From a virus (taxonomy: Duplodnaviria > Caudoviricetes): a stretch of 29,931 nt of DNA. Positions 8,847-16,534 of this stretch are shown here, piece by piece. Made by a program: the position numbers and the translations under genes. The notes beneath the pieces were generated by a model. That model did no database searches. It saw nothing but the letters and a program-made list of their open reading frames with translations, and was not told where the DNA came from. Location of the stretch: positions 1 to 29,931 of IMG/VR virus record IMGVR_UViG_3300006103_000052. The stretch is one strand, 5' to 3'. Each line of letters begins with the position of its first letter. The stretch's first letter is position 1.

Positions 8847-9048
8847 TTTTTTTGTAAAATACTTTCCATGGGTAATTCTCATTTTCTTTGGATATGAGAT
8901 TTTTCACTATTGGAACCTTGACCAAGATCGTGTTCTAATGGATATCGTTGCTGCAATTGGTTGGGCTTCGTTTATTGAAGTTCGTAGTGAATATAATTCG
9001 TTGTTTGACATGATCGAAGGAAAAATAAAAGATGATACTCAAGGCTAA
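8839..9048 (+). CDS. Small membrane protein
   Basis: 69 aa with hydrophobic segments. Overlaps both neighbours. Confidence 0.6.
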   Translation: MRNFFVKYFPWVILIFFGYEIFHYWNLDQDRVLMDIVAAIGWASFIEVRSEYNSLFDMIEGKIKDDTQG

Positions 9049-9511
9049 AAACATTGTAGAAAATCGTTTTTGGATTATTGAAAACGATGCGGGTGAACGC
9101 ATTGGAAACATTGCGCAAACTACGAGTGGCGTTCGTTGCACCGTTAGTGATGTTGTAGAAGTATTTCCTTCTATGGCAGAAATGGTAGAGAAGAAAAATA
9201 TCTCTATTGTTCGCAGAACTCGTGAATTAAAATCTAAGACCGTTGATGGTGAAGTATATGGTTTTCCCACAAACCACACTCCACATAATACACTATGGAA
9301 TGTAAAACTTAGACTTCCGCTATACACTAAAAATGATAAAAGCAGTTCATTCTATTGTGCTGGTTATTATATTGTCAAGTATAACAAACTATTTGTTGGC
9401 GAGTTTATGCCAAAGTTAATCACGTTACAGCGGTATGAGTATGAGGGTCCATTCAAGACTAAGTTAGAACAGCAAGAGCGTCTAAGGATCATGAACAATG
9501 AGACAGCCTAA
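9032..9511 (+). CDS. Hypothetical phage protein
   Basis: 159-aa ORF in the operon, containing YCAGYYIV and YEGPFKT. Confidence 0.8.
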   Translation: MILKAKNIVENRFWIIENDAGERIGNIAQTTSGVRCTVSDVVEVFPSMAEMVEKKNISIVRRTRELKSKTVDGEVYGFPTNHTPHNTLWNVKLRLPLYTKNDKSSSFYCAGYYIVKYNKLFVGEFMPKLITLQRYEYEGPFKTKLEQQERLRIMNNETA

Positions 9512-9719
9512 TACGCACTATATCCGTGAGTTTGTTAACCGTGGTCAAAATGTAAACAATAATGGTTTGATTATTGATAAAGAAACCATCTTAAATCTTA
9601 CCAGAGAACTAACCGATTTGTTGGCACATCTTATGGAATTGCAAAATGAAATTGCAGACCTACGAGAAAATGCAGAAAATGCAGTTATTGAAGTGCAACT
9701 TGTTGGCGAAAGTTTTTAA
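9498..9719 (+). CDS. Hypothetical coiled-coil protein
   Basis: 73-aa ORF with a heptad pattern, overlapping the previous gene. Confidence 0.7.
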   Translation: MRQPNTHYIREFVNRGQNVNNNGLIIDKETILNLTRELTDLLAHLMELQNEIADLRENAENAVIEVQLVGESF

Positions 9720-9763
9720 TACCCCTATATAATTAGATAAATAATTATGTATGGATACAATCA

Positions 9764-10075
9764 ATGAGTAGACCAAAGCCAAATATTCTATTAGAAGTTA
9801 CTAATAAGGCAAATTATAAGAGTGATCAAATCTTAGCAAGTGAAGGGATTTGGGCTATTTTCTTAGATAACAAACCTATTAACTTTAAAACAACAAGTAT
9901 GCTTGCTACTTACGCTGGACCAAAGTATAAGAAAACAAGTTTTTCTAATCCTGGCCATGCAATCAATCTTTGCAAGAAACTTAACATTCAGTTTAAAACC
10001 AATAAGTTTAGCGTAGTGTTGCTCAATAGTGGGCCAGTAATTTACCCCATAGTGGCAAATGGAACCAAAATCTAA
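9764..10075 (+). CDS. Hypothetical phage protein
   Basis: 103-aa basic ORF (MSRPKP...GPKYKKTSFSNPGHA) preceded by ATAAATA. Confidence 0.8.
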   Translation: MSRPKPNILLEVTNKANYKSDQILASEGIWAIFLDNKPINFKTTSMLATYAGPKYKKTSFSNPGHAINLCKKLNIQFKTNKFSVVLLNSGPVIYPIVANGTKI

Positions 10076-10439
10076 ACAAGAGTGGACACACGAATTATTT
10101 CATCTTGCTCATGGCGAAGATGCGTTTGTTCCTCATATAAATCAAAAAAATATCTATATTCTTTATTGGTATAATAATAACAAAAACTTTGGATACAGGC
10201 TCAATAATACTGCATTTGAATTGATGCGGAATGTTGGTTACAAATTTTATGAACATCAGATTGATAGACGAAAATATCAAATTAATGGCAAAGAATTAGT
10301 GCTAATGGATCGTTATCATGCACATCCTTGGTTTTATCAAATGAGTAAGGGCGAACTATTCCTCATGGACGGTGAACTCTCTGTGATGTTAGAACTATGT
10401 GGTGGGAATTTGGGGCAAGCCATTCAAAATATGTCTTGA
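10059..10439 (+). CDS. Hypothetical phage protein
   Basis: 126-aa ORF overlapping the previous gene. Its stop lies in the next -35 box. Confidence 0.75.
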   Translation: MEPKSKQEWTHELFHLAHGEDAFVPHINQKNIYILYWYNNNKNFGYRLNNTAFELMRNVGYKFYEHQIDRRKYQINGKELVLMDRYHAHPWFYQMSKGELFLMDGELSVMLELCGGNLGQAIQNMS

Positions 10440-10463
10440 CATACTATAATTCTATGTTATATT
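10436..10463 (+). promoter_or_regulatory. Repeated phage promoter (TTGACA-N16-TATATT)
   Basis: TTGACA 10436-10441 and TG-T-TATATT with the hexamer at 10458-10463. Confidence 0.8.
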
Positions 10464-10493
10464 CATAATATAGACGAAATGGAGAACTGGCAT

Positions 10494-11147
10494 ATGTCCG
10501 ACAACGATACGATTTCCCTTAAAGATGCCATGACCGCCGCCGTAGCCGCCCAACGGGTTAATGGAAAGTATATTAAACGTTATGATGCCAAGGAAGGTGA
10601 ACTTTCTAACGGCGCACTTATGCGTGAATTTCTCAATCCAGATATGGTAAACTTTGACCATTTGCCACAAGACATTGAAATTGCTGATCAAATTCTAGAG
10701 TATCTTGATAGCAAAATGATTGAACTTATTGCTGGCACTCTCCACGATTATTGGAAAAACTTAGTGCTGTTGACAGAACAAAAAGCAATTAATGCTAAGG
10801 ATTTCAAGACCTTGGCACTAGTTGCCAGCGTTCCTAACTCCTATTTTAACGCAATTGGGCGTGAAAAAGCGCAGGATGAACTGCGTATTATTGGCGAAAC
10901 TAGCCGTCATATTGGCAAGGTTGGCGACAATATTGAAGCAGATTTGACCATCAAATCAGCGGTTTATAGTGCCAACTATAACAAATGGTATCATACCGCC
11001 CTTACTGCTGACCAGAATTTAGTCTGTTTTCCGCTCGCAGAACAGTTAAAACGGGGCGATATTATCGCTGTTTCGGCTCGAATTCACAAGCATGATGACA
11101 ATAATCAGACCCGTTTGCACTATGTGCGGATCAAAAAAAGTGCTTGA
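10494..11147 (+). CDS. Hypothetical protein with C-terminal OB-fold-like domain
   Basis: ATG 10494 after GGAG. Beta-rich C-terminus SRHIGKVGD...GDIIAVSARIHKH...QTRL. Confidence 0.7.
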   Translation: MSDNDTISLKDAMTAAVAAQRVNGKYIKRYDAKEGELSNGALMREFLNPDMVNFDHLPQDIEIADQILEYLDSKMIELIAGTLHDYWKNLVLLTEQKAINAKDFKTLALVASVPNSYFNAIGREKAQDELRIIGETSRHIGKVGDNIEADLTIKSAVYSANYNKWYHTALTADQNLVCFPLAEQLKRGDIIAVSARIHKHDDNNQTRLHYVRIKKSA

Positions 11148-11190
11148 CAACCCCTAAATCCATGTTATATTAGTAATATAAGCAATGGAG
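11135..11190 (+). repeat. Promoter+RBS cassette, copy A
   Basis: AAAAAGTGCTTGACA-N13-TGTTATATTAGTAATATAAGCAATGGAG. Matches 11478-11533 at 51/56 positions by hand alignment. Confidence 0.9.
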
Positions 11191-11197
11191 CGGCAAA

Positions 11198-11476
11198 ATG
11201 GCACAAGTAAGCACCCGTAAGGCTAAGATTTCCACTATCCTTCATAACCGTTATTTTACCAAAGGTGTACAAGATGCGGTAGCAGGTCGTCCATTTGATC
11301 CTGATTATGACAAGTGGGAAACTGCTTCTCACGGTGCCGCACAGTGGTGCTATGAGCGTGGTCGCCAATATGGTATTGTCACAGGCGGTAAAGTTCCTAC
11401 TAAAACTGGTAAGCGAATTAACTATTTTGCTATTCGTGAGTTTAACCGTCTTTACCACGATGGTTCAATTATCTGA
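11198..11476 (+). CDS. Hypothetical early protein
   Basis: 92-aa ORF with its own promoter and GGAG RBS. Confidence 0.8.
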   Translation: MAQVSTRKAKISTILHNRYFTKGVQDAVAGRPFDPDYDKWETASHGAAQWCYERGRQYGIVTGGKVPTKTGKRINYFAIREFNRLYHDGSII

Positions 11477-11477
11477 T

Positions 11478-11533
11478 AAAAAGTGCTTGACAGCCTTTAA
11501 ATCTGTGTTATATTAGTAATATAAGCAATGGAG
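11478..11533 (+). repeat. Promoter+RBS cassette, copy B
   Basis: TTGACA 11487-11492, TATATT 11509-11514. Near-identical to copy A. Confidence 0.9.
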
Positions 11534-11541
11534 AGATACAC

Positions 11542-11796
11542 ATGACGAATTCTGAACAAATCTGCTACGGCATGTCTAGAGCCGATATCCGTGACCAATA
11601 TATCAACAGCCTCTCTGCCAAAGTGATTGGCACGGAAATGGTTGTCATGAGTATCCTTTCCGATTGTCAGGAAATGATGGATAGAAAAAATTCATCAATT
11701 CCGTCCCCAAATGTTGATGAATTTATCCGTCAGCAGTTAAATATCGCCAAATTTCTTATAAAAGAAATGATGTTAAATAAACCAAAAAGTGCTTGA
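11542..11796 (+). CDS. Hypothetical early protein
   Basis: 84-aa ORF with its own promoter and GGAG RBS. Confidence 0.8.
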   Translation: MTNSEQICYGMSRADIRDQYINSLSAKVIGTEMVVMSILSDCQEMMDRKNSSIPSPNVDEFIRQQLNIAKFLIKEMMLNKPKSA

Positions 11797-11842
11797 CATA
11801 CCCTAATTCTGTGTTATTGTTATAATATAAACAGCAACGGAG
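11784..11842 (+). repeat. Promoter+RBS cassette, copy C
   Basis: AAAAAGTGCTTGACA with TTGACA at 11793-11798, TG-T-TATTGT at 11815-11820, then GCAACGGAG. Confidence 0.85.
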
Positions 11843-11849
11843 ATTTCCC

Positions 11850-12176
11850 ATGGATATGCAATCTGGTCTCGCCGCTATCATTGAAAAGTCAAAAGCCGAT
11901 TATCTTGCGTGGAATGGCAATCGCACCAGTGATCCAATCGTCGCCAAGATGATTGAAGAATATAATGCCTCACTCCGTATTGAAGAAGGCAGCAAGTATT
12001 TCAAGATTGTTCAGCGTAATTCGGTGCATTCTTTCGTGGTTAAGAAGGATGGTGGCAAGTTCCGTGCTGGCGATATCTTGAAGCCTGCCTCTTGGAAGGC
12101 TCCTGCTATGAACTTTGCTCGTGGCAATGTTCTTGAGGGTAAACTTGACTGCATCCGTTGGACGGGTGCGCTGTAA
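11850..12176 (+). CDS. Conserved-looking phage early protein of unknown function
   Basis: G.KYFKIV...SVHSFV...GDILKPASWKAPA...RGNV, a motif pattern I recall from large-phage early regions. Confidence 0.8.
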   Translation: MDMQSGLAAIIEKSKADYLAWNGNRTSDPIVAKMIEEYNASLRIEEGSKYFKIVQRNSVHSFVVKKDGGKFRAGDILKPASWKAPAMNFARGNVLEGKLDCIRWTGAL

Positions 12177-12234
12177 AAAAGTGCTTGACAACTACAAATA
12201 ATATGCTATATTAAATTATAGTCAACTGATGGAG
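12176..12234 (+). repeat. Promoter+RBS cassette, copy D
   Basis: AAAAAGTGCTTGACA with TTGACA at 12185-12190, TG-C-TATATT at 12207-12212, then ATGGAG. Confidence 0.85.
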
Positions 12235-12241
12235 AAACACA

Positions 12242-13372
12242 ATGGCTAAGAACACTGACAATGCACTTTCAGAAGTGCGCACGGTTACCCTCGCTGCTGC
12301 AAAGCGTGAGGTTATGGTTTGCGCTCGTCGCAAGCGTCCTGTATTCCTTTGGGGTGCGCCTGGTATCGGCAAGTCCGAACTCGTTGCAGACCTTTGCGAA
12401 AGCATGGGTGGTAAGTTGTATGACTTGCGTCTTGCACTCATGGACCCATCCGACTTGAAGGGCGTTCTCTACTATAATCCTACTGTTGGCAATGCTATGT
12501 GGAATGCTCCGCCTGATCTTCCTTCTAAGGAAGAGGCTGCTCAGTATCCTGTAGTATTCCTGTTCCTTGACGAAATGAACAGTGCTGCACCAGCAACACA
12601 GGCTGCTGCTTACCAGTTGGTTCTCAATCGTCGTGTTGGCACCTATGAGTTGCCTGAGAATGTTGTTATCGTTGCTGCTGGTAACCGTGACACTGACCGT
12701 GGTGTAGTCTATCGTATGCCATCGCCACTTGCCAACCGTTTTGTTCACTTGAACTTGCGTGTTGACTTTGAGTCGTGGAATGATTGGGCTATCAACCATG
12801 CCATCAATCCTGATGTGGTTGCGTATGTCACTTGTAACAAGAACGACTTGTTCAACTTTGATCCTCGCTCAAGCGGTGCATCGTTTGCTACGCCTCGTTC
12901 ATGGTCGTTTGTCAGCGAGTTGCTACAAGAAGACCTTAACGATACCGAACTCAATGACCTTGTGTCTGGTACGGTTGGCGAAGGTGTTGCACTCAAGTTT
13001 GCTGCCCATCGTAAGGTTGCAAGCCAAATGCCTAACCCCAGTGACATCCTGAGCGGTAAGGTCAAGGATTTGCGTACCAAAGAAATTGGTGCCAAGTACT
13101 CTCTCACGGTCTCTTGCTGCTATGAGTTGAAGGACTCGTTTGACAAGCGTGGTGGCGAGCGTATGAAAGAAAACGATATCGTTGCATGGCACGAAGAACT
13201 TGACAATGTGTTCCGTTTCTACCTTGATAACATGGACACTGAGTTGCAAGTCATGATGCTTGCTACTATCCTTCGTAACTACAAGTTGCCTATGAAGACT
13301 AGCCGCTTGAAGAACTACAAGGATTACCATGCAAAGAACGGTGACTATATCCTCGCCGCTGTGCGTGATTAA
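12242..13372 (+). CDS. MoxR-type AAA+ ATPase
   Basis: Walker A GAPGIGKS, Walker B LFLDEMN, sensor-I AAGN, Arg finger LANRF and sensor-II TPRSW. Confidence 0.92.
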   Translation: MAKNTDNALSEVRTVTLAAAKREVMVCARRKRPVFLWGAPGIGKSELVADLCESMGGKLYDLRLALMDPSDLKGVLYYNPTVGNAMWNAPPDLPSKEEAAQYPVVFLFLDEMNSAAPATQAAAYQLVLNRRVGTYELPENVVIVAAGNRDTDRGVVYRMPSPLANRFVHLNLRVDFESWNDWAINHAINPDVVAYVTCNKNDLFNFDPRSSGASFATPRSWSFVSELLQEDLNDTELNDLVSGTVGEGVALKFAAHRKVASQMPNPSDILSGKVKDLRTKEIGAKYSLTVSCCYELKDSFDKRGGERMKENDIVAWHEELDNVFRFYLDNMDTELQVMMLATILRNYKLPMKTSRLKNYKDYHAKNGDYILAAVRD

Positions 13373-13374
13373 TT

Positions 13375-13407
13375 CTCGCCCCATCGTTCTCCATCAGTGA
13401 GGGCGAG
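13375..13407 (+). other. Stem-loop with anti-Shine-Dalgarno loop (candidate 3'-UTR regulatory RNA)
   Basis: Stem CTCGCCC/GGGCGAG. The loop contains TTCTCCATCAGT, the reverse complement of 12225-12236. Confidence 0.5.
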
Positions 13408-13409
13408 TT

Positions 13410-13445
13410 ATAGGGGAGCAGCCGCAACTGCTCCCCTATTTTTTT
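13410..13445 (+). terminator. Intrinsic terminator
   Basis: 12-bp stem ATAGGGGAGCAG/CTGCTCCCCTAT, loop CCGCAA, followed by a T run. Confidence 0.92.
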
Positions 13446-13448
13446 CTC

Positions 13449-13476
13449 TTGACAAACCACTATATTATGCTATTAT
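13449..13476 (+). promoter_or_regulatory. Repeated phage promoter (TTGACA-N16-TATTAT)
   Basis: TTGACA 13449-13454 and TG-C-TATTAT with the hexamer at 13471-13476. Confidence 0.8.
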
Positions 13477-13503
13477 AAGTTATAAACATTGGAGAACATG
13501 ATT

Positions 13504-14766
13504 ATGGCTAAGATCAAACAAGGTGCTGGCAAACTCAGCGAGACAATTGATGCGGTTCAAGACGAAGCAGCACGTCAGGCTATTCTAAAGGCTCGTATTG
13601 CCCTTGTGCTTAAGCAACCCTTCTTTGGCAATCTTGCCATGCGTCTTACTCTTAAGAACGCTGACAGTTGGTTGACAACTGCTGCTACCGATGGTCGTCA
13701 CTTCTACTACAACAGTGAGTTTATCCTTAAACTTCCTACCAATCAAATGATGTTCTTGTTCTGCCATGAGTTGCTTCATTGCGCTTATGACCATATGAAC
13801 CGTGGTCGTGGTTACAACCGTGACCTTGCCAACATTGCCATGGACTATGTTGTCAATGCCGATTGCATCAAGTACAACCTTGGTCAAAAAATTACGGTTG
13901 TGCCTGTTCTTTATGATCGCAAGTATGACGAGTGGAACTTTGAACAGGTCTATGATGACCTTATCAAGAATGCCAAGCAGATCAACATTGAAGATTTGCT
14001 TGACCAGTTGCTTGACGAACATATGGATGGTTCACAAGGCAAGGGTGGCGGTGGTGATAAGGATGACAAGGATGGCAAGGGCAACGGTCGCCCTAACCCG
14101 CTGACACCAGAAGAACGTCAGGCTGTCAAGGACGAGTTTAAGGAAGCTATGCTTGCTGCTGCAGCATCGGCTGGTGCTGGCAATACACCTAGCAATATCA
14201 AGCGCATGATCAATGAACTCACGCAACCCAAGATCAACTGGCGTGAACTTATCACACAACAAATCCAGTCTACGGTTAAGAATGATTACACGTGGACTAT
14301 TCCTAACAAGAAGATGTTCTCACAGGGTTTTGTTCTGCCTAACATGCGCAAGGATCAAGCAATTGATGTTTGCGTTGCAATTGATACTAGTGGCTCTATT
14401 GGTCAAGAGCAGTTGAATAATTTCTTTGGTGAAATCAACGGTATCATGCAGTCATATGATGACTACAAGGTAAAGATTTGGTGTTTTGATACATCTGTTC
14501 ATAACCCACAAGATTATGATACTTCAACAGGTGATGACCTTGTAAACTATGAACCAGCAGGTTTTGGCGGCACTGACTTTGATGCCAACTGGACGTGGAT
14601 GAAACATGAAGGCGTTGAGCCTAAACTGTTCATCGTGTTCACTGATGGCGAACCATATGGTTCATGGGGCGATGAAAACTATTGTGATACGGTGTGGATT
14701 ATCCATAACAAGTATAACAAGACCATTGAACCACCATTTGGCATCCACGCCTACTACGAAGATTGA
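13504..14766 (+). CDS. Putative metallopeptidase + vWA domain protein (DUF2201-like MoxR partner)
   Basis: TAATDG, HExxH (HELLH), MIDAS DTSGS, GGTDF and FTDG. Start 13504 chosen on SD spacing; 13498 is possible. Confidence 0.9.
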   Translation: MAKIKQGAGKLSETIDAVQDEAARQAILKARIALVLKQPFFGNLAMRLTLKNADSWLTTAATDGRHFYYNSEFILKLPTNQMMFLFCHELLHCAYDHMNRGRGYNRDLANIAMDYVVNADCIKYNLGQKITVVPVLYDRKYDEWNFEQVYDDLIKNAKQINIEDLLDQLLDEHMDGSQGKGGGGDKDDKDGKGNGRPNPLTPEERQAVKDEFKEAMLAAAASAGAGNTPSNIKRMINELTQPKINWRELITQQIQSTVKNDYTWTIPNKKMFSQGFVLPNMRKDQAIDVCVAIDTSGSIGQEQLNNFFGEINGIMQSYDDYKVKIWCFDTSVHNPQDYDTSTGDDLVNYEPAGFGGTDFDANWTWMKHEGVEPKLFIVFTDGEPYGSWGDENYCDTVWIIHNKYNKTIEPPFGIHAYYED

Positions 14767-14771
14767 TAATA

Positions 14772-14804
14772 AAGGGCTAGAAAATTTCTAGCCCTTCTTT
14801 GTTT
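14772..14804 (+). terminator. Probable intrinsic terminator
   Basis: Inverted repeat AAGGGCTAGAAA/TTTCTAGCCCTT followed by CTTTGTTT. Confidence 0.75.
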
Positions 14805-14837
14805 GAGTTAAATACATATATAATTACGGAGAATACT

Positions 14838-15050
14838 ATGAGCGATACCGAAACAAACACAACTGTACAAACCAATCTTGCAATTTCAGACATTGCTTCA
14901 CTTCTTCAAATTGTAGAAGTTGTGTCGCAACGTGGTGCATTTCGTGCAGAAGAATTAAGCAGCGTTGGTGCACTATATGATAAGGTCAAAGCCTTTATTG
15001 TTGCTAGCACACCAGCAGCAGAACAACCAACAGAGGAAGTAAGTCAATGA
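14838..15050 (+). CDS. Small helical phage protein
   Basis: ATG 14838 after GGAG. Motif SQRGAFRAEELSSVGALY. Confidence 0.8.
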   Translation: MSDTETNTTVQTNLAISDIASLLQIVEVVSQRGAFRAEELSSVGALYDKVKAFIVASTPAAEQPTEEVSQ

Positions 15051-15736
15051 GTTTTTTCAAACACGTAGGAACAGTTAATAGCAAGAAGGCTATCATTGTT
15101 CAACGTCAACTAAGTGGCGACGAGTCACATATGGCAGTGGTTATCTATAGTGAAATTATGCCAAGCAAGTATCATGATGACATCATGAAGGTTCTTGAAA
15201 GTGACGAAGGTCAGCAAGCATGGGAATTTCGTGATATCCTAGAGCGTCGCATGATGGCAGATGGCAATAACATGCTAGAAGCACTAAGTGGCGAAGGTTA
15301 TCTAAAGCGTGTTCCTGCTGCAAACGTAATGGTTACACCAAATAGCAAGAGCAGCATGCGTCTTGATGAACTTACCAAGTTGCTAGGTGAAGTTGGCAAG
15401 GGACCAGATGCGATTGCACGTCTTGATCGTATGGAAAATAAGCAAGGTTATGCTGATCCATCAAAGGATGCACTTACAGACAGTCAGGTTGCAGAAAGCG
15501 TAAGCCTAAATGAAATGAACGGTGCCAAGGCTCCTGTTGAAGTTGTGGCACCCGTTGCTGCTGCGCCAGCACAGCCTGACATGACTGCTGTCATGATGCA
15601 GATGATGCAGACTATGCAAGCAATGCAGCAGCAGATTAGTAATCTTGCTGGTGACAAGCAACCAGAAGCAAAGGCAAAGACAGTAGCGCCAAAGGTCACT
15701 AAGACAAAGACCGCTAAGACAGTAACTCGTGTCTGA
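15047..15736 (+). CDS. Hypothetical protein with Met/Gln-rich segment and Lys/Thr-rich tail
   Basis: 229-aa ORF with an ATGA overlap and GAGG RBS. Confidence 0.8.
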   Translation: MSFFKHVGTVNSKKAIIVQRQLSGDESHMAVVIYSEIMPSKYHDDIMKVLESDEGQQAWEFRDILERRMMADGNNMLEALSGEGYLKRVPAANVMVTPNSKSSMRLDELTKLLGEVGKGPDAIARLDRMENKQGYADPSKDALTDSQVAESVSLNEMNGAKAPVEVVAPVAAAPAQPDMTAVMMQMMQTMQAMQQQISNLAGDKQPEAKAKTVAPKVTKTKTAKTVTRV

Positions 15737-16034
15737 TCTTAATTTCAGCGAGGATTTTTATGAACGGTGGGAACATTTAATTTCAAGTATTGAAGTTACA
15801 AATGTTCCCATCAGGTTCATTAAAGAAGTAGTTGTGTTATTTAAAAATGATAATGTCACAACATTTGATGTAGTTGATATGATTAATAATAATTATAAAT
15901 TGCATGAAATTGAAAGCCACATTGAAGATTTTTTAGATATCCACGACGATGATATTGATTGTGTTGACTTTCATATTAACCTAACTGCCATTGCAGATGA
16001 AGTTGAACCAAAAACAAATAAGTTATTGGACTAA
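15729..16034 (+). CDS. Hypothetical acidic protein
   Basis: 101-aa ORF with GTG start, overlapping both neighbours. Confidence 0.7.
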   Translation: MSDLNFSEDFYERWEHLISSIEVTNVPIRFIKEVVVLFKNDNVTTFDVVDMINNNYKLHEIESHIEDFLDIHDDDIDCVDFHINLTAIADEVEPKTNKLLD

Positions 16035-16534
16035 TGATTAAAGCAATCTTTGCGGTAGATAAGAACGGTGGGCTTGGACAAAATGGCTCACTGCCATGGC
16101 CACATGACAAGCAAGATATGCAATGGTTTTCCTCGAACACCAAAGGACATATTGTTGTTATGGGCAGCAACACATGGCTTGATCCAAAAATGCCCAAGCC
16201 TTTGCCAGATCGTCATTGTTGCGTTGTAACAAATCGATCAGTTGATAGTTTTCGTGATGCTCATACTATCATTCATGGCAATTATATTGAACAAAGTATT
16301 TCCGTTATAAAAGCAAACAATCCCAACAAAGATATATGGATTATAGGTGGTGCCAAACTTATTGACAGCACCAAACACCTATTTGAACAGATATATTTGA
16401 CCACATTTGATGATAATTATAATTGCGATGTAAGTGTAGATGTGGTAGAATTACTACATAATTTCCAAATGGATTGGGAAACTTACGGCAAAGATAAAAT
16501 ATTTCAGGTGTGGAAACGACATGCAAAATTATAA
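16034..16534 (+). CDS. folA: Dihydrofolate reductase
   Basis: AIFAVD..GGLG.NGSLPW, DMQWF, VVMGSNTW, PLPDR and WIIGGA. Confidence 0.95.
   Translation: MIKAIFAVDKNGGLGQNGSLPWPHDKQDMQWFSSNTKGHIVVMGSNTWLDPKMPKPLPDRHCCVVTNRSVDSFRDAHTIIHGNYIEQSISVIKANNPNKDIWIIGGAKLIDSTKHLFEQIYLTTFDDNYNCDVSVDVVELLHNFQMDWETYGKDKIFQVWKRHAKL

Noticed and set aside
11135-12234. Repeats as a CRISPR array or attC-like sites
   Set aside because: The spacers are whole genes of 250-330 nt, the repeats are non-palindromic promoter/RBS sequences, and no cas or integrase gene is present.
12923-13384. 153-aa antisense ORF that has GGAG 4 nt before its ATG
   Set aside because: It lies antisense to moxR, its RBS falls within a hairpin, the SD spacing is short and no minus-strand promoter is evident. 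The GGAG is better explained as the complement of the anti-SD loop, though this is not fully excluded.
12269-14262. Other long antisense ORFs over moxR and vWA (12269..12799, 13585..14022, 14032..14262)
   Set aside because: They are shadow ORFs expected from biased codon usage, with no recognisable motifs.
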